Of a DNA stretch of 64,000 nt, positions 22,034 to 32,410 are shown one piece after another. Position 1 is the stretch's first letter. Every line of letters begins with the position of its first letter. Source of the stretch: an uncultured Alphaproteobacteria bacterium (GTDB lineage: Bacteria > Pseudomonadota > Alphaproteobacteria > Rhizobiales > Beijerinckiaceae). Made by a program: the position numbers and the translations under genes. Location of the stretch: NCBI GenBank assembly GCA_963820795.1, contig CAWGBJ010000014.1, positions 9,517 to 73,516 on the forward strand, in the 5' to 3' direction. The notes under the pieces were generated by a model. The model saw only the letters and a list, made by a program, of their open reading frames with translations, ran no database searches and was not told the origin of the DNA.

Positions 22034-23008
22034 TCAGCTCTCTTGCTCGCGTTCGCGAGTTGCGGCGACGACTGCCAGTGAAGCGAGCGAAGTGACGATG
22101 ACGAGCAGCACCGACGCCGCAGCCCCGCCGGCGAAATGGAAAGCCGAGAACATCTCCCGGTAAATGAAGGTGGATAAAACATCGGTCCCGTTCGCCGGGC
22201 CACCGCCCGTCAGCACATAGACGACATCGAAAATCCTGAAGGCGTCGGCGACTCGGATCACCAGGATCACGGCAATGACCGGACGCAGGAGGGGAAGGGT
22301 CACATGCGTCAGGATTTGCAGGGGCGAGGCTCCGTCCACCGTCGCGGCTTCCAAAGGCTCCTGCGGCAGATTGGCGAGGCCGGCGAGCAGCACCAGGATG
22401 TCAAACGGCAGGGCCAGCCAGAGATTGGCGATGACGATCGTCGCGCGCGCCAACCAGATATTAGAAAACCACAACGGTCCGGAAGCGCCCAACATGTGGG
22501 CAACCGAGTCGATGAGGCCGTAGCCCGAGGCGAACATGAAGCGCCAGGCCAAAGCGCCCACGACCGGAGCGACCATCAGGGGGAGCGCGACAACGGCTCT
22601 GAACACCGTCGCGCCTTTGAGGCCTCGATCCAGCGCCAGCGCGACGGCGAGCGCGATGATCGCCTCGAGAAGGAAGCTGACTGCCGTCAGTCCGAGAGTC
22701 TGGCGAAGCGCCTTCTGAAAATCAGGGCTCAAGGCGACTTTCACAAAATTGCTGAGGCCGACGAAGTCGGGCGCGCCCTGAAAGACCGTCCTGTCCGTGT
22801 TGACACTAAGCCAGACGGTCCACCCGATGGGATAGAGCATGGTCAGCGCAAGCGCGACGACGGCGGGACCGGTCAGGGCGATCCCGACGCCCGTCTTCCA
22901 GCGGGCGTTCGGGGCGGAGCCATGAGTTGTTTGGCCGTCAGGCGCAATGAGGGCCGCTCCTACGCCGTCTGGCTCCCCGCCTTCGGAGCGACGCTGTCCT
23001 CCCGCCAC
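22034..23008 (-). CDS. carbohydrate ABC transporter permease (CUT1, MalF-like)
   Basis: EAA loop EAATVDGASPLQILTHVTLPLLRPV and multiple TM helices. GTG start at 23008, 11 nt after the SBP stop. The start is uncertain. Confidence 0.85.
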   Translation of the reverse strand: MAGGQRRSEGGEPDGVGAALIAPDGQTTHGSAPNARWKTGVGIALTGPAVVALALTMLYPIGWTVWLSVNTDRTVFQGAPDFVGLSNFVKVALSPDFQKALRQTLGLTAVSFLLEAIIALAVALALDRGLKGATVFRAVVALPLMVAPVVGALAWRFMFASGYGLIDSVAHMLGASGPLWFSNIWLARATIVIANLWLALPFDILVLLAGLANLPQEPLEAATVDGASPLQILTHVTLPLLRPVIAVILVIRVADAFRIFDVVYVLTGGGPANGTDVLSTFIYREMFSAFHFAGGAAASVLLVIVTSLASLAVVAATREREQES

Positions 23009-23019
23009 GACTGCGCCGT

Positions 23020-24282
23020 TCAGCCCTTCATGACCGCCTCGGCTCGGGCCTGCCCGTCCTTAAGGGCGGCCGCGATCGTGGTGGCTTTGGACATCACGCC
23101 GGACTGCATGACCCCGAGGACGTCAAGCAGTTGCGAGTATTGTGGGACCATCGGCATGCTGAGGCCCTGCGCGGCCGACGTCGCAAAGGCCTTGATCGCC
23201 GCCTTATCCTCGCTGGCGATGTCGGGATCGGCGTCGATTTTCTCGATCGCCGACTTCCTCGGCACCGGGTTCAGCCATTCCTTGCCGAAATTATAGAGTT
23301 GCTCGGTGCTCGTGGCCCACTTCACCCACGCGGCGGCGGCCTCAGGGTTCTTCGATCCCGTTGCCGCGGCAAATCCCCAAGAATACACGGTTCCGGCCGG
23401 CCTCTTCAGCCCCGGCGCGGTCGCAATGGCGAATTTGCTGTCCAGCGGCTTTTTCGAGAGGGAGTAGAGATAAGGCCAGACGGGCGCAAGCGCGAGTTTG
23501 CCGTCGAGCCAGGCGCCCTGCATGTCGGGAAGTTCGAGTACGCCCTCTGGCGCCGCCTTGTCGGTGAAGACCATCGAATACATGAATTCGAGGGCGTCGC
23601 GACCGGCGTCGCTGTCGATCGTGGGACTGCCGCTACCGTCGAGAATGTCGCCGCCGGCCTGTTGGTAGAACGAATTGAGGCGCGTCGCGGCCTCGATGCC
23701 CTGCTTCGACAGGATCATTGTCCCCCACACGCCGTCCTTGGTCGTCGCCTTCGCCATTTTGCGATAGTCGTCCCAGTTCGATGGCGGGGAGTCGAAGCCG
23801 GCCGCGGCCAGGAGATCCTTGCGATAGTACATCGCACAGTTATGGACCATGATCGGGAGCGCAACGATCACGCCCTTGTACGACACCGTCTGTATCGCGG
23901 TCCTGGAAAAGTCGGCCTTGTCGGCGTCGCTGAGTTGATTCGAGACGTCGGCTATGAATCCCTTCTCGTAGAACTCCGGCAACCAGACCTGATCGGCGAT
24001 ATAGACATCGTAGCCGCCCGCGCGAGACAGCGCGTCCTGGACGAACTGCTGACGGATGCTGTCATGAGGAATCGCGTTAAAAGCGACGGCAACACCAGTC
24101 GCTTTTGTGAACTCGGGCGCATGCTTTCGATAGAACGTATCGTAAGGGGACCCTGCCTCGGTGCCGATCGTGATCTTTCCGCTTGCGGCATGGGCTCGGC
24201 GCAGAGCCGGGGCAGCAATCGCGAACGCAGCGCTGGCGGCGCCCCATGTCAGGATATCTCGACGACGCATTTGCCGTTTCAT
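23020..24282 (-). CDS. ABC transporter sugar-binding protein (family 1 solute-binding protein) with a Tat-type signal peptide
   Basis: ATG at 24282 is preceded by AGGAGG. It gives MKRQMRRRDILTWGAASAAFAIAAPALRRAHA (twin-arginine signal). The rest is typical of the CUT1 SBP family. The track ORF begins 63 nt further upstream. Confidence 0.9.
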   Translation of the reverse strand: MKRQMRRRDILTWGAASAAFAIAAPALRRAHAASGKITIGTEAGSPYDTFYRKHAPEFTKATGVAVAFNAIPHDSIRQQFVQDALSRAGGYDVYIADQVWLPEFYEKGFIADVSNQLSDADKADFSRTAIQTVSYKGVIVALPIMVHNCAMYYRKDLLAAAGFDSPPSNWDDYRKMAKATTKDGVWGTMILSKQGIEAATRLNSFYQQAGGDILDGSGSPTIDSDAGRDALEFMYSMVFTDKAAPEGVLELPDMQGAWLDGKLALAPVWPYLYSLSKKPLDSKFAIATAPGLKRPAGTVYSWGFAAATGSKNPEAAAAWVKWATSTEQLYNFGKEWLNPVPRKSAIEKIDADPDIASEDKAAIKAFATSAAQGLSMPMVPQYSQLLDVLGVMQSGVMSKATTIAAALKDGQARAEAVMKG

Positions 24283-24368
24283 GGCGTTCCTCCTTTTTTG
24301 CAAAGCGTAGTACAGATAGCGGCGAAAAGGTGGACTCCTTTCCATATCGACGCAAGATTCGTAAGCGA

Positions 24369-24860
24369 CTACCCCGGTCGGGCGCTGGGGACCGATCCGA
24401 ACTGGGATCGGTCCGGCTTCAGGTCCAAAAGCGGCGTGCCGTCGACGCAGTCGAGCCCTTTCACCCGAAGCACCGCTCCCTTGCGACCGATGAGCTTGAC
24501 GACTGACGTTCCGATCGGGTTCGGCCGGATCGGCGAGCGGATCGCAAATGTGGCTTTTGTCGAGCCGTCTCTGCCCGGACTTTGGCGGATCAGATCCCGG
24601 CGGGCCTGATGCAGCCAGTAGAGCACTTCGATTCGCTCGAAAGCCTCGATCCCCTCAAGGGCGGCGACCCACGGTTCGCTGACCTCGATGCGGCAGACGG
24701 GACCTTCGGGACGACCGTAGTGCGGGCACTCCGCGCGCGAGGCCCAGGGCGTTCTGATGACGCCGACAAAAACCAGACAGGCGTCGGTCCGATCGGGCCA
24801 CGCAACCGCAACCTCGTTTGGGCGGATCTCATGCTGCAGCGCCACGCCTACTCCGCCCAT
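24369..24860 (-). CDS. tsaA: TsaA/TrmO (YaeB)-like SAM-dependent tRNA methyltransferase
   Basis: VGVIRTPW..., FERIEVLYWLH, FAIRSPIRPNPIGTSVVKL..., GLDCVDGTPLLDLKP. The start overlaps the hemH 3' end by 13 nt. Confidence 0.8.
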   Translation of the reverse strand: MGGVGVALQHEIRPNEVAVAWPDRTDACLVFVGVIRTPWASRAECPHYGRPEGPVCRIEVSEPWVAALEGIEAFERIEVLYWLHQARRDLIRQSPGRDGSTKATFAIRSPIRPNPIGTSVVKLIGRKGAVLRVKGLDCVDGTPLLDLKPDRSQFGSVPSARPG

Positions 24861-25903
24861 CCCTTCAGTTCGCGCCGCGCCACCGTTTCGATGACGGCCA
24901 TGCCCTCGGGGCTGTCGTTGAGACAGGGGATGGCGGCAAAACTTTCGCCTCCGGCCTCGCGGAAGTAGCCGGCATTCTCGACGCCGATCTCCTCGAGCGT
25001 CTCAAGGCAGTCGGCGGAGAAGCCCGGCGTAACGACGGCGAGACGCTTGATGCCGCTTCCGGCCAGTCGGCGAACGGCGTCGGCAGTGTACGGCTTCAGC
25101 CACTCGGCGCGCCCGAAACGCGACTGGAACGTCATCGGCAGGCGATCCTCGCTCAAGCCGAGCGCCTGGCGCAGGAGCCGGGTCGTCTTGGCGCAATGAC
25201 AATAATAGGGATCGCCTTTGTCGAAATAGGATTGCGGAATCCCGTGATAGGAGGCGAGCAGGATCTCCGGCTCGAAATCGAGCTTCGCAAGTCCGGCGCG
25301 CGTCGAACGCGCGAGCCCCTCGATGTACGCGGGGTCATCGTAGTAGGGCGCCGCGATCCTGAGCGCCGGCTGCCAGCGCATCGCGCTCAGCGTCTCGAAG
25401 ACTTTGTCGCCAACAGTTGCGGTCGTGGCGGCGCAATATTGCGGATAGAGCGGGATCGCCAGAATGCGGTCGCATCCTTTCTCCTGCAGCGTCTGCAGGC
25501 GCTCCGGGATCGACGGTAAGCCGTATCGCATCGCCCAGTCGACTTCGACCTGTGGGCGCAAATCTTCGAGCGCGGCCTCGAGTTTCCCGTTCTGCGAGCG
25601 GGTGATCGTCTTCAACGGTCCCTCGCCGCGTTCCTGGTTCCAGATCGCGGCGTAGTCGCGACCCTTGGCCGCGGGGCGCCGGAGCAAGATGAGTTGAAGG
25701 ATCGGCAGCCAGATCGGCCGCGGCGCTTCGATCACGCGCCGATCGGACAGGAATTCCCGCAGATACCGCCGGATGGACCAGTAATCGGTCCCTTCGGGCG
25801 TGCCGAGATTGACGATCAGCACGCCGACGCGGCCGTTCGGCGCGACCGGATGACCGGTCGGGCGGTGCGAATCGGCCTCGCGGGCCGGAACCGCCAAGTT
25901 CAT
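24848..25903 (-). CDS. hemH: ferrochelatase
   Basis: ATG at 25903 gives MNLAVPA...GRVGVLIVNLGTPEGTDYWSIRRYLREFLSDRRV. The C-terminal part has SYHGIP and FQSRFG blocks. The track ORF is extended 207 nt upstream without homology. Confidence 0.9.
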   Translation of the reverse strand: MNLAVPAREADSHRPTGHPVAPNGRVGVLIVNLGTPEGTDYWSIRRYLREFLSDRRVIEAPRPIWLPILQLILLRRPAAKGRDYAAIWNQERGEGPLKTITRSQNGKLEAALEDLRPQVEVDWAMRYGLPSIPERLQTLQEKGCDRILAIPLYPQYCAATTATVGDKVFETLSAMRWQPALRIAAPYYDDPAYIEGLARSTRAGLAKLDFEPEILLASYHGIPQSYFDKGDPYYCHCAKTTRLLRQALGLSEDRLPMTFQSRFGRAEWLKPYTADAVRRLAGSGIKRLAVVTPGFSADCLETLEEIGVENAGYFREAGGESFAAIPCLNDSPEGMAVIETVARRELKGWAE

Positions 25904-25946
25904 GCGCCGCTCGCCCCGCCGACCGCCGCAAAGTCGCTCGTCATTG

Positions 25947-26354
25947 TCATCGCTCGGCCGGCGTAAAATTGGTCGCGACCCCGTTGATGCAATAGCGAAG
26001 CCCCGTCGGCGGCGGTCCATCCGGGAAGACATGACCGAGATGCGAGCCGCAGCGAGCGCAATGCACCTCGGTGCGCGCCATGCCCCAGCTTCGGTCGACC
26101 AACTCCTCAACGGCGCCCTTGACCGGCGTGTTGAAGCTCGGCCAACCGGTGCCGCTCTCGAATTTCATCTTGCTCTCGAATAGCGGCTGGCCGCAGCCGG
26201 CGCAGGAAAATACCCCCGCGCGTTTCTCGTAGTTCAGCGCGCAGCTCCCCGGCCGCTCGGTGCCGTGTTCGCGCATGACGGCATATTGCTCGGGAGTGAG
26301 CAGGGCGCGCCACTCGACGTCCGTGTGGGTGACCGGGAAATGGCCTTGGCTCAT
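25947..26354 (-). CDS. msrB: peptide-methionine (R)-S-oxide reductase
   Basis: ATG at 26354 is preceded by [16 protein letters not shown] ... GTGWPSF ... [21 protein letters not shown] (both CxxC pairs and the catalytic Cys context). Confidence 0.95.
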   Translation of the reverse strand: MSQGHFPVTHTDVEWRALLTPEQYAVMREHGTERPGSCALNYEKRAGVFSCAGCGQPLFESKMKFESGTGWPSFNTPVKGAVEELVDRSWGMARTEVHCARCGSHLGHVFPDGPPPTGLRYCINGVATNFTPAER

Positions 26355-26557
26355 GAAGCGTCCTCCTCGGAAGATGCTCATATATAGGGCGCGACGGGCG
26401 GCGCCGCATTTGTTCGTCGGGCAATCGCCAAGCTTACGCAGGGATCGCGCCGGCTGGATCATGAGACAGTCCTGCTCCCTGCCGCAGGGTCCAGAACCAG
26501 CGCCGCAAGGGTTGCTAAGTTTACGGTTGCTTCCATGTCTGTTTTCTGGCAGTAGTC

Positions 26558-27316
26558 GTGGACCGGACGTCGTCGGTCGTCGGCCGGTCGTTGGGGAAAG
26601 CCTTGCACCGCTCCTGGCTCTTTGCGCTCGGCGGATTCATTCTCGGGTCGACGGCTGTCGTCGGGCCGGGAAGCGTCTTGGCGCAGAATGCCGCGCCGCC
26701 ATCGGGCGCGATCCTCGATTTGAACGGCCAGATCATCGACCCTCTGACGCCTATGAACTACATGGTGTCGTTCACGGCCGACGCGGCGCTCATGAACATC
26801 GCCTTCGCGTTCCGCGACGATCCATCGTATATCGAGTTCACCAACGCGTCCCTGGTCGATTTGACGACGTCGTCTACGGTAAACCTCTTGATGAACGGGG
26901 CTTTCGATCAGGGCTCCTCGAACTCCGGCATGGGCGTCCCGCTTCCGAAGGATTGGGTCTACACCGTCCTCTCCGGGTCGTCGGACGCGGGTTTCATCCA
27001 GAACTGCGGCGCGGCGCATTGTTGGGTCGACGGCTCGATCCAGGGCTACGACGAGCTCAGTCAAGCGGTCCAGACGACCGTCGGCAACGTCTATGAAGTG
27101 TCGTTCACCGCCGAAGTGGTCGGCGGCGTCGCCGCGTGGTCGCGGGTCAGCACCAATGGCGACACGTCGGACGCCGGCGGAAACGGCGCAGACATTCTGG
27201 TTTACGCAAGGCTGCGGCCGATCCCGGAACCGTCGACCTGGGCCATGATGGCGCTCGGATTCGCCGGGCTCGGCTTCCTCGGCTGCCGTCGCCGCGGCGC
27301 CGTCGCGCCGCTCTAA
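26558..27316 (+). CDS. PEP-CTERM sorting-domain secreted protein with a lectin/CBM-like jelly-roll body
   Basis: GTG start and signal peptide ([22 protein letters not shown]). The C-terminus [26 protein letters not shown] is the PEP motif + TM helix + Arg cluster of exosortase substrates. The body contains NGAFDQGS...PKDW, reminiscent of CBM4/DUF642-like modules. Confidence 0.75.
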   Translation: MDRTSSVVGRSLGKALHRSWLFALGGFILGSTAVVGPGSVLAQNAAPPSGAILDLNGQIIDPLTPMNYMVSFTADAALMNIAFAFRDDPSYIEFTNASLVDLTTSSTVNLLMNGAFDQGSSNSGMGVPLPKDWVYTVLSGSSDAGFIQNCGAAHCWVDGSIQGYDELSQAVQTTVGNVYEVSFTAEVVGGVAAWSRVSTNGDTSDAGGNGADILVYARLRPIPEPSTWAMMALGFAGLGFLGCRRRGAVAPL

Positions 27317-27474
27317 GGACGCTGTCTCGCCAGGGCGAGGAGCTCTGGCGTAACCCGTAGCTGCATCCGTAAAGTCAAGCAGATATGGCGCCATCCTGAC
27401 GCAAGGCGCGCCGCGGACCGGCTGCCGGGGCGTCGTCGCCCGTGATGAATTTTCCGTCGAACCGCGCCGTGCCC

Positions 27475-28338
27475 TTAGCCGGCGAAGACCACCGTCTTGC
27501 CGCGGTTGAGCAGCACCCTGTCCTCGAGCACGTTCGCCAGGGCGCGCGCCAGCACCCGGCGCTCAATGTCGCGCCCCTTGCGCACGAGCACCTCCGGCGT
27601 GTCGCGGTGGCTGATGCGCTCGACGTCCTGCTCGATGATCGGACCCTCGTCGAGATCTGAAGTGACGAAATGCGCCGTCGCGCCGATGAGCTTGACGCCG
27701 CGCTGATGCGCCTGGTGGTAGGGTTTCGCGCCCTTGAAGCCCGGCAGAAACGAGTGATGGATGTTGACGCAACGCCCCTGCAGCTTGGCGGCGAAACCGT
27801 CGGACAGAATCTGCATATAGCGGGCGAGCACGACCAGATCGGCCTTCGAGGTCCGGATCGTTTGCCAGACCTGCGCCTCCTGCTCCATTTTCGTCTCCTT
27901 GGTGATGGGCAGGTGGTGAAAGGGAATGTCGTCGAAATCGATGTGGGCGTAGCTCTCGCGCGGGTAATTGGCGATGATCGCGACCGGCTCCATCGGCATT
28001 TCGCCGCTCCGCCAGCGGTAGAGCAGATCGACCAGGCAATGATCGAATCGCGACACCATCAGGGCGACGCGCTTGCGCTCGTCCGCGCGGCGCATGGACC
28101 AGGTCATTGCAAGACCGGCCGCAATCGCCTTGAACGAGTCGCGCAGGACCTCGACGTCCGCGGCCGAGTTGGCGGCGTTGAACTCGACCCGCATGAAGAA
28201 ATTGCCGGTTTCGGTATCGTCGAACTGCTGCGCGTCGAGAATGTTGAAGCCGCCGTCGAACAGCGCCGCCGAAACCTTGGCGACGATTCCCGGGCGATTG
28301 ACGCAGGACAGAGTAAGAATATGGCGCGCGCCCGACAT
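27475..28338 (-). CDS. purU: formyltetrahydrofolate deformylase
   Basis: N-terminal ACT domain ([21 protein letters not shown]) plus a formyltransferase core ([35 protein letters not shown]). Confidence 0.95.
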   Translation of the reverse strand: MSGARHILTLSCVNRPGIVAKVSAALFDGGFNILDAQQFDDTETGNFFMRVEFNAANSAADVEVLRDSFKAIAAGLAMTWSMRRADERKRVALMVSRFDHCLVDLLYRWRSGEMPMEPVAIIANYPRESYAHIDFDDIPFHHLPITKETKMEQEAQVWQTIRTSKADLVVLARYMQILSDGFAAKLQGRCVNIHHSFLPGFKGAKPYHQAHQRGVKLIGATAHFVTSDLDEGPIIEQDVERISHRDTPEVLVRKGRDIERRVLARALANVLEDRVLLNRGKTVVFAG

Positions 28339-28432
28339 TGAAGCCCTCCAGGCGGCGCCGTACGACGAAAGGCTCCGCCAGCGCTAGCTACGGCAGGGCG
28401 AGCGCTCTCCGCAACCCGCGCAAGCTCGATCC

Positions 28433-29107
28433 TCACCGCTTCGCCCGCTGCAGAAGGTCCTCGACGGCAGGCAGGATCCGGCTCACGATGACGGCGACGC
28501 CCGCGACGGTGGGATGCATGCCATCCGGTTGATTGAGCTTCGCATCGCCGGCCACCCCATCGAGAAAGAACGGATAGAGCGTCGTCCCGTGGCTGGCCGC
28601 GAGCTGCGGATAGATGGCGTCGAAGGCCTGATCGTATTCGCGGCCGAGATTGGGCGCGGCCCGCATGCCGGCGATGAGCGTCGGCAAATGCGCGGCCTGG
28701 GCCTTGTCGAGGATGGCCGCGAGCGCCTTTTTCGTGGTGTCCGGCGACTGCCCACGCAACATGTCATTGGCGCCGAGTTCGACGATCAGCGCGTTTGCAT
28801 CGGCCGGCACTGCCCAGTCGTAGCGCGCGAGCCCGTCTTCCGCGGTGTCGCCCGATACGCCGGCATTGACGACGTCGACATCCCATCCTTTCGCCTTGAG
28901 CGCCGCCTCGAGCTGGTCGGGAAACGCCTTGCCCGGAGGAAGGCCGTAGCCGGCAGTCAGGCTGTCGCCGAGGACGACGAGCCTGAGCGCGTGCGCTTGC
29001 GCCGGTCCCGCGGCGGCAAGCGCAAGCAGGGCCGCCACCGCCAGCGCCTGGACGAAGCCGCGCCAATAACCATATGAGGGCGACCCCGCCTTCAGGAATC
29101 CCGACAC
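28433..29107 (-). CDS. tesA: SGNH/GDSL arylesterase - thioesterase I-like periplasmic hydrolase
   Basis: Signal peptide, then VVLGDSLTAGYG (block I), ELGANDML (block III) and QPDGMHPT (block V). Divergent from ybbA-ybbP, the classical tesA/ybbA/ybbP arrangement. Confidence 0.85.
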   Translation of the reverse strand: MSGFLKAGSPSYGYWRGFVQALAVAALLALAAAGPAQAHALRLVVLGDSLTAGYGLPPGKAFPDQLEAALKAKGWDVDVVNAGVSGDTAEDGLARYDWAVPADANALIVELGANDMLRGQSPDTTKKALAAILDKAQAAHLPTLIAGMRAAPNLGREYDQAFDAIYPQLAASHGTTLYPFFLDGVAGDAKLNQPDGMHPTVAGVAVIVSRILPAVEDLLQRAKR

Positions 29108-29127
29108 GATGAGCCTTCCCGCAGTCG

Positions 29128-29805
29128 ATGATGCGCGGCATCGATCTCAGTCTCGGTCGAGGCGCAGCCCGCGTGCATATATTGCGAGACGTCGGGCTGA
29201 CAATCGCCCGCGGGGAAGCAGTCGGCATCGTCGGCGCCTCCGGATCGGGCAAATCGACCTTGCTGATGATCATGGCCGGGCTCGAGCGGGCAGACAAAGG
29301 CGAGGTCGAAATCGACGGGGTTAAACTCGGCGGCCTTGGGGAGGACGCGCTCGCCCGCTTTCGCGGCCAGCGCATCGGCATCGTTTTCCAGTCGTTTCAC
29401 CTCATCCCGACCATGACGGCGCTCGAGAATGTCGCCGCGCCGCTCGAGCTTGCCGGAGTTCGCGATGCGCTCGCGCGCGCTGGCGCCGAACTCGAGCTGA
29501 TCGGCCTCGGCGATCGCCTGAACCACTATCCGGCGCAACTTTCGGGCGGCGAGCAGCAACGGGTGGCGCTGGCGCGCGCGCTCGTTCCGCGCCCCTCGCT
29601 GCTGATCGCCGACGAGCCGACGGGGAACCTCGACGAGACAACCGGCCGCGCGATCATGGAACTCATGTTCGATCTCCGGGCCGATCGCGGGGCGACGCTG
29701 GCGCTCGTCACCCACGACCCGGCGCTGGCGCTACGCTGCGACCGCATGATCCGAATGCGTTCTGGAATTATCGAAGACGCCGCTCTTGTTCCCATGTCGG
29801 CATGA
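29128..29805 (+). CDS. ybbA: ABC transporter ATP-binding protein (YbbA/LolD-like)
   Basis: Walker A GASGSGKST, signature LSGGEQQRVALARAL, Walker B LLIADEPTGNLD. The stop overlaps the next start (ATGA). Confidence 0.9.
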   Translation: MMRGIDLSLGRGAARVHILRDVGLTIARGEAVGIVGASGSGKSTLLMIMAGLERADKGEVEIDGVKLGGLGEDALARFRGQRIGIVFQSFHLIPTMTALENVAAPLELAGVRDALARAGAELELIGLGDRLNHYPAQLSGGEQQRVALARALVPRPSLLIADEPTGNLDETTGRAIMELMFDLRADRGATLALVTHDPALALRCDRMIRMRSGIIEDAALVPMSA

Positions 29806-32377
29806 ACGCGCCGGCCGCGATCCGAAGGACACACGACCGCTGGCCCATGGGCCGGTTCGCGCTGCGCGACCTGCGCGGCGGGCTCGCTGGTCTCTGGATC
29901 TTCCTGCTTTGCATCGCCCTTGGCGTCGCCGCGATTGTCGGCGTGCAGAGCCTGGCGAAGGCGCTCGATGACGGCCTTGGACGGCAGGGGCGGGTCATCC
30001 TCGGCGGCGACGCGGCGTTCTCGCTGATCAACCGTCGCCTGACGCCGCAGGAGCAGGCTTTCCTCGAACGCCACGGCTCGCTGTCGACGATCGCCTCGAT
30101 GCGCGCGATGGCGCGGATCCCGGGCGATGCGGCGCTGGTCGAGATCAAGGCGGTCGGGCCGTCGTGGCCCCGGATCGGCTCGGCCGTGCTCGACCCGCCG
30201 ATGCCGCCCGCCGCGGCGCTCGAGGAGAAGGACGGCGTTTTCGGGGCGGCGGCGGAGGAGACGCTGCTCGCCCGGCTCGATCTGAAGGTCGGCGACGTCT
30301 TTCGCCTGGGCGAGGCGAAATTCGTCCTCAACGCCGTCATCACGAGCGAACCCGACCGCCTCGCGGTCGGCATCGGCCTCGGGCCCCAGGTGCTGATCTC
30401 CGAGGCGGCGCTGAAGGCGACGCGGGCTCGTGCAGCCGGGATCGCTGGTGCGCTGGACGACCCGGGTCATCATCGGCGGTCCCGACGCCGCGCCCGATGA
30501 GAGCGTCGTCAAGGCCCTTGTCGCGGCGGCCAACCGCGCAGTTCCCCGAAGCCGGCTGGGAGACGCGCACGCGTCTCAACGTCGCGCCCGACTTCACCCG
30601 CGACCTCGACCGCTTCGCCGAATTCCTGACGCTGGCGGGCCTCCTGTCGCTGGTCGTCGGCGGGGTCGGGGTCGCCAATGCCGCGCAGGGCTTCGTCGAA
30701 CGCAAGCGGGCGAGCCTCGCCATACTGAAGGCGATCGGGGCGACCGGGACCAGCGTCGTCGGGCTCGCGCTCTTGGAGTTCCTGATCGTCGCGACGGTCG
30801 GCGCCGCGGCCGGCGCGGCGCTCGGCGCGGCGATCCCGTTCGCGGTCAAGGGGCTCTTCGCCGATCTCTTGCCGATCCCGCTCGCGCCTTCGATCGAGCC
30901 CGGCGTGATCCTGCTCGGGCTCGCCTTCGGCCTCCTGACGGCGCTCGCTTTCTCGATCCTGCCGCTCGGCCGGGCGCACGACCTGCCGGTGACGACGCTG
31001 ATCCGCGATCTCGCCGAGGAACGCCAGGGCTGGCCGCGCGCCCGCTATCTTGCCGGCGCCGCGCTCGCCGGCGCGGCGCTGATCGTTCTCGCGGTCGCGA
31101 CCAGTCCCCAGCCGACGATCGCGCTCGCGGTCGTCGGGGCGACGCTTGCTGCCTTCGTCCTTTTGCGTCTCGTCGCGCTCGCCATCGCCGTCGTCGCGCG
31201 GCGCTGGCCGGGCGCCTCTCCGGTCGAGATGCGCATGGCGCTCGCCGCCATCCACCGGCCGGGCGCGCTCACCGTCTCGGTCGTCCTTTCGCTCGGCCTC
31301 GGGCTGACGGCGCTGGTCGCGCTGACGCTGATCGACTTCAACATGCGCGCCGAACTGCAGGCGGGCGAACCCGGCGTCACCCCGAGCTTCTTCTTTCTCG
31401 ACGTGCGCAGCGCCGATGCGGGCGCCTTCCTCGATTTCCTCAAGCGCGAGGCGCCGGGCGCCAAGGTCGACGAGGTCCCGATGCTGCGCGGCCGGTTCGT
31501 TACGATCGACGGCGTCCCCGCCTCAAAGGTCAAGGCGAGCGACAAGGTGGCCTGGGCGCTGGAGGGCGATCGCGGCGTGACCTTCGCCCTGAAGCCGCCG
31601 GAAGGCTCCGAGGTGGTCGCCGGCCGCTGGTGGCCGCCCGACTATGCCGGCCCGCCGCTCGTCTCGATGGAAAAGGAAGTGGCGGACGGCCTCGGCATCA
31701 GGGTCGGGGATACCGTCGTCGTCAACGTGCTCGGCCGCGACATCGAGGCGAAGGTCGCCAACCTGAGGAAGGTCAACTGGCGCAGCTACGCCATCAATTT
31801 CGTGCTCGTCTATTCGCCCGACACATTCAAGGGCGCTCCTTACAGCGAGCTCGTCTCGACGGCGCTGCCCAAAGAGGACGGCCCGGGCGAGGAGATCGCG
31901 CTCCTCCGCGCCGTGGCGCGTGACTTTCCCAACGTCGCCAGCGTCAGTGTCCGCGACGCCCTCGACCTCGTCGAGGCGCTGGTGGCCAAGCTGGCGCTGG
32001 CGATCCGCGCCGCGACCGGCGTCGCGCTCTTAACCTCGGTCCTGGTGCTCGCCGGCGCGCTCGCCGCCAATCGCCGCGCCCGGCTGGCCGACGCGACCAT
32101 CCTCAAGATCCTCGGGGCGACGCGTCCGCGGCTGATCGCGATGTTCCTGACCGAATACGCCATCCTGGGCGCGGCGACCGCGGCCTTCGCCATCGGCGCC
32201 GGGACGCTGACCGCCTGGCTCGTCGTCACCCGGATCATGCTGGCCGACTTCCACTTCGACTGGCGCGCCGCCTTCGCCGCCGCTTGCGGCGGCTTCGTCT
32301 TCACCGTCGGCCTCGGCCTGATCGGCGCCTGGCGGGTCCTCAGCCAGCGGCCCGCCGCGTTCCTGCGCGAATTATAG
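29802..32377 (+). pseudogene. ybbP: FtsX-family ABC transporter permease (YbbP-like), reading frame interrupted twice
   Basis: Protein-like sequence continues across three frames. Frame of 29802 runs to ...GPQVLISEAALKAT (ends ~30422). The next frame gives GLVQPGSLVRWTTRVIIGGPDAAPDESVVKALVAAANRA (30424-30540). The third frame gives FPEAGWETRTRLNVAPDFTRDLDRFAEFLTLAGLLSLVVGGVGVANA... through to 32377. One extra base at ~30423 (C) and one at ~30541 (G) explain the shifts. Each frame runs into a stop if read on (frame 1 stops at 30498-30500). Confidence 0.75.
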
Positions 32378-32410
32378 GCGCCCGGCGGCGCGTCCCAATT
32401 CCGTTTCTTT

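Noticed and set aside
30400-30560. Programmed ribosomal frameshifting as an explanation for the split ybbP
   Set aside because: There is no slippery heptamer or downstream structure at either site, and two same-direction shifts 118 nt apart are not a known recoding arrangement. Mutation or sequencing error is far more likely.
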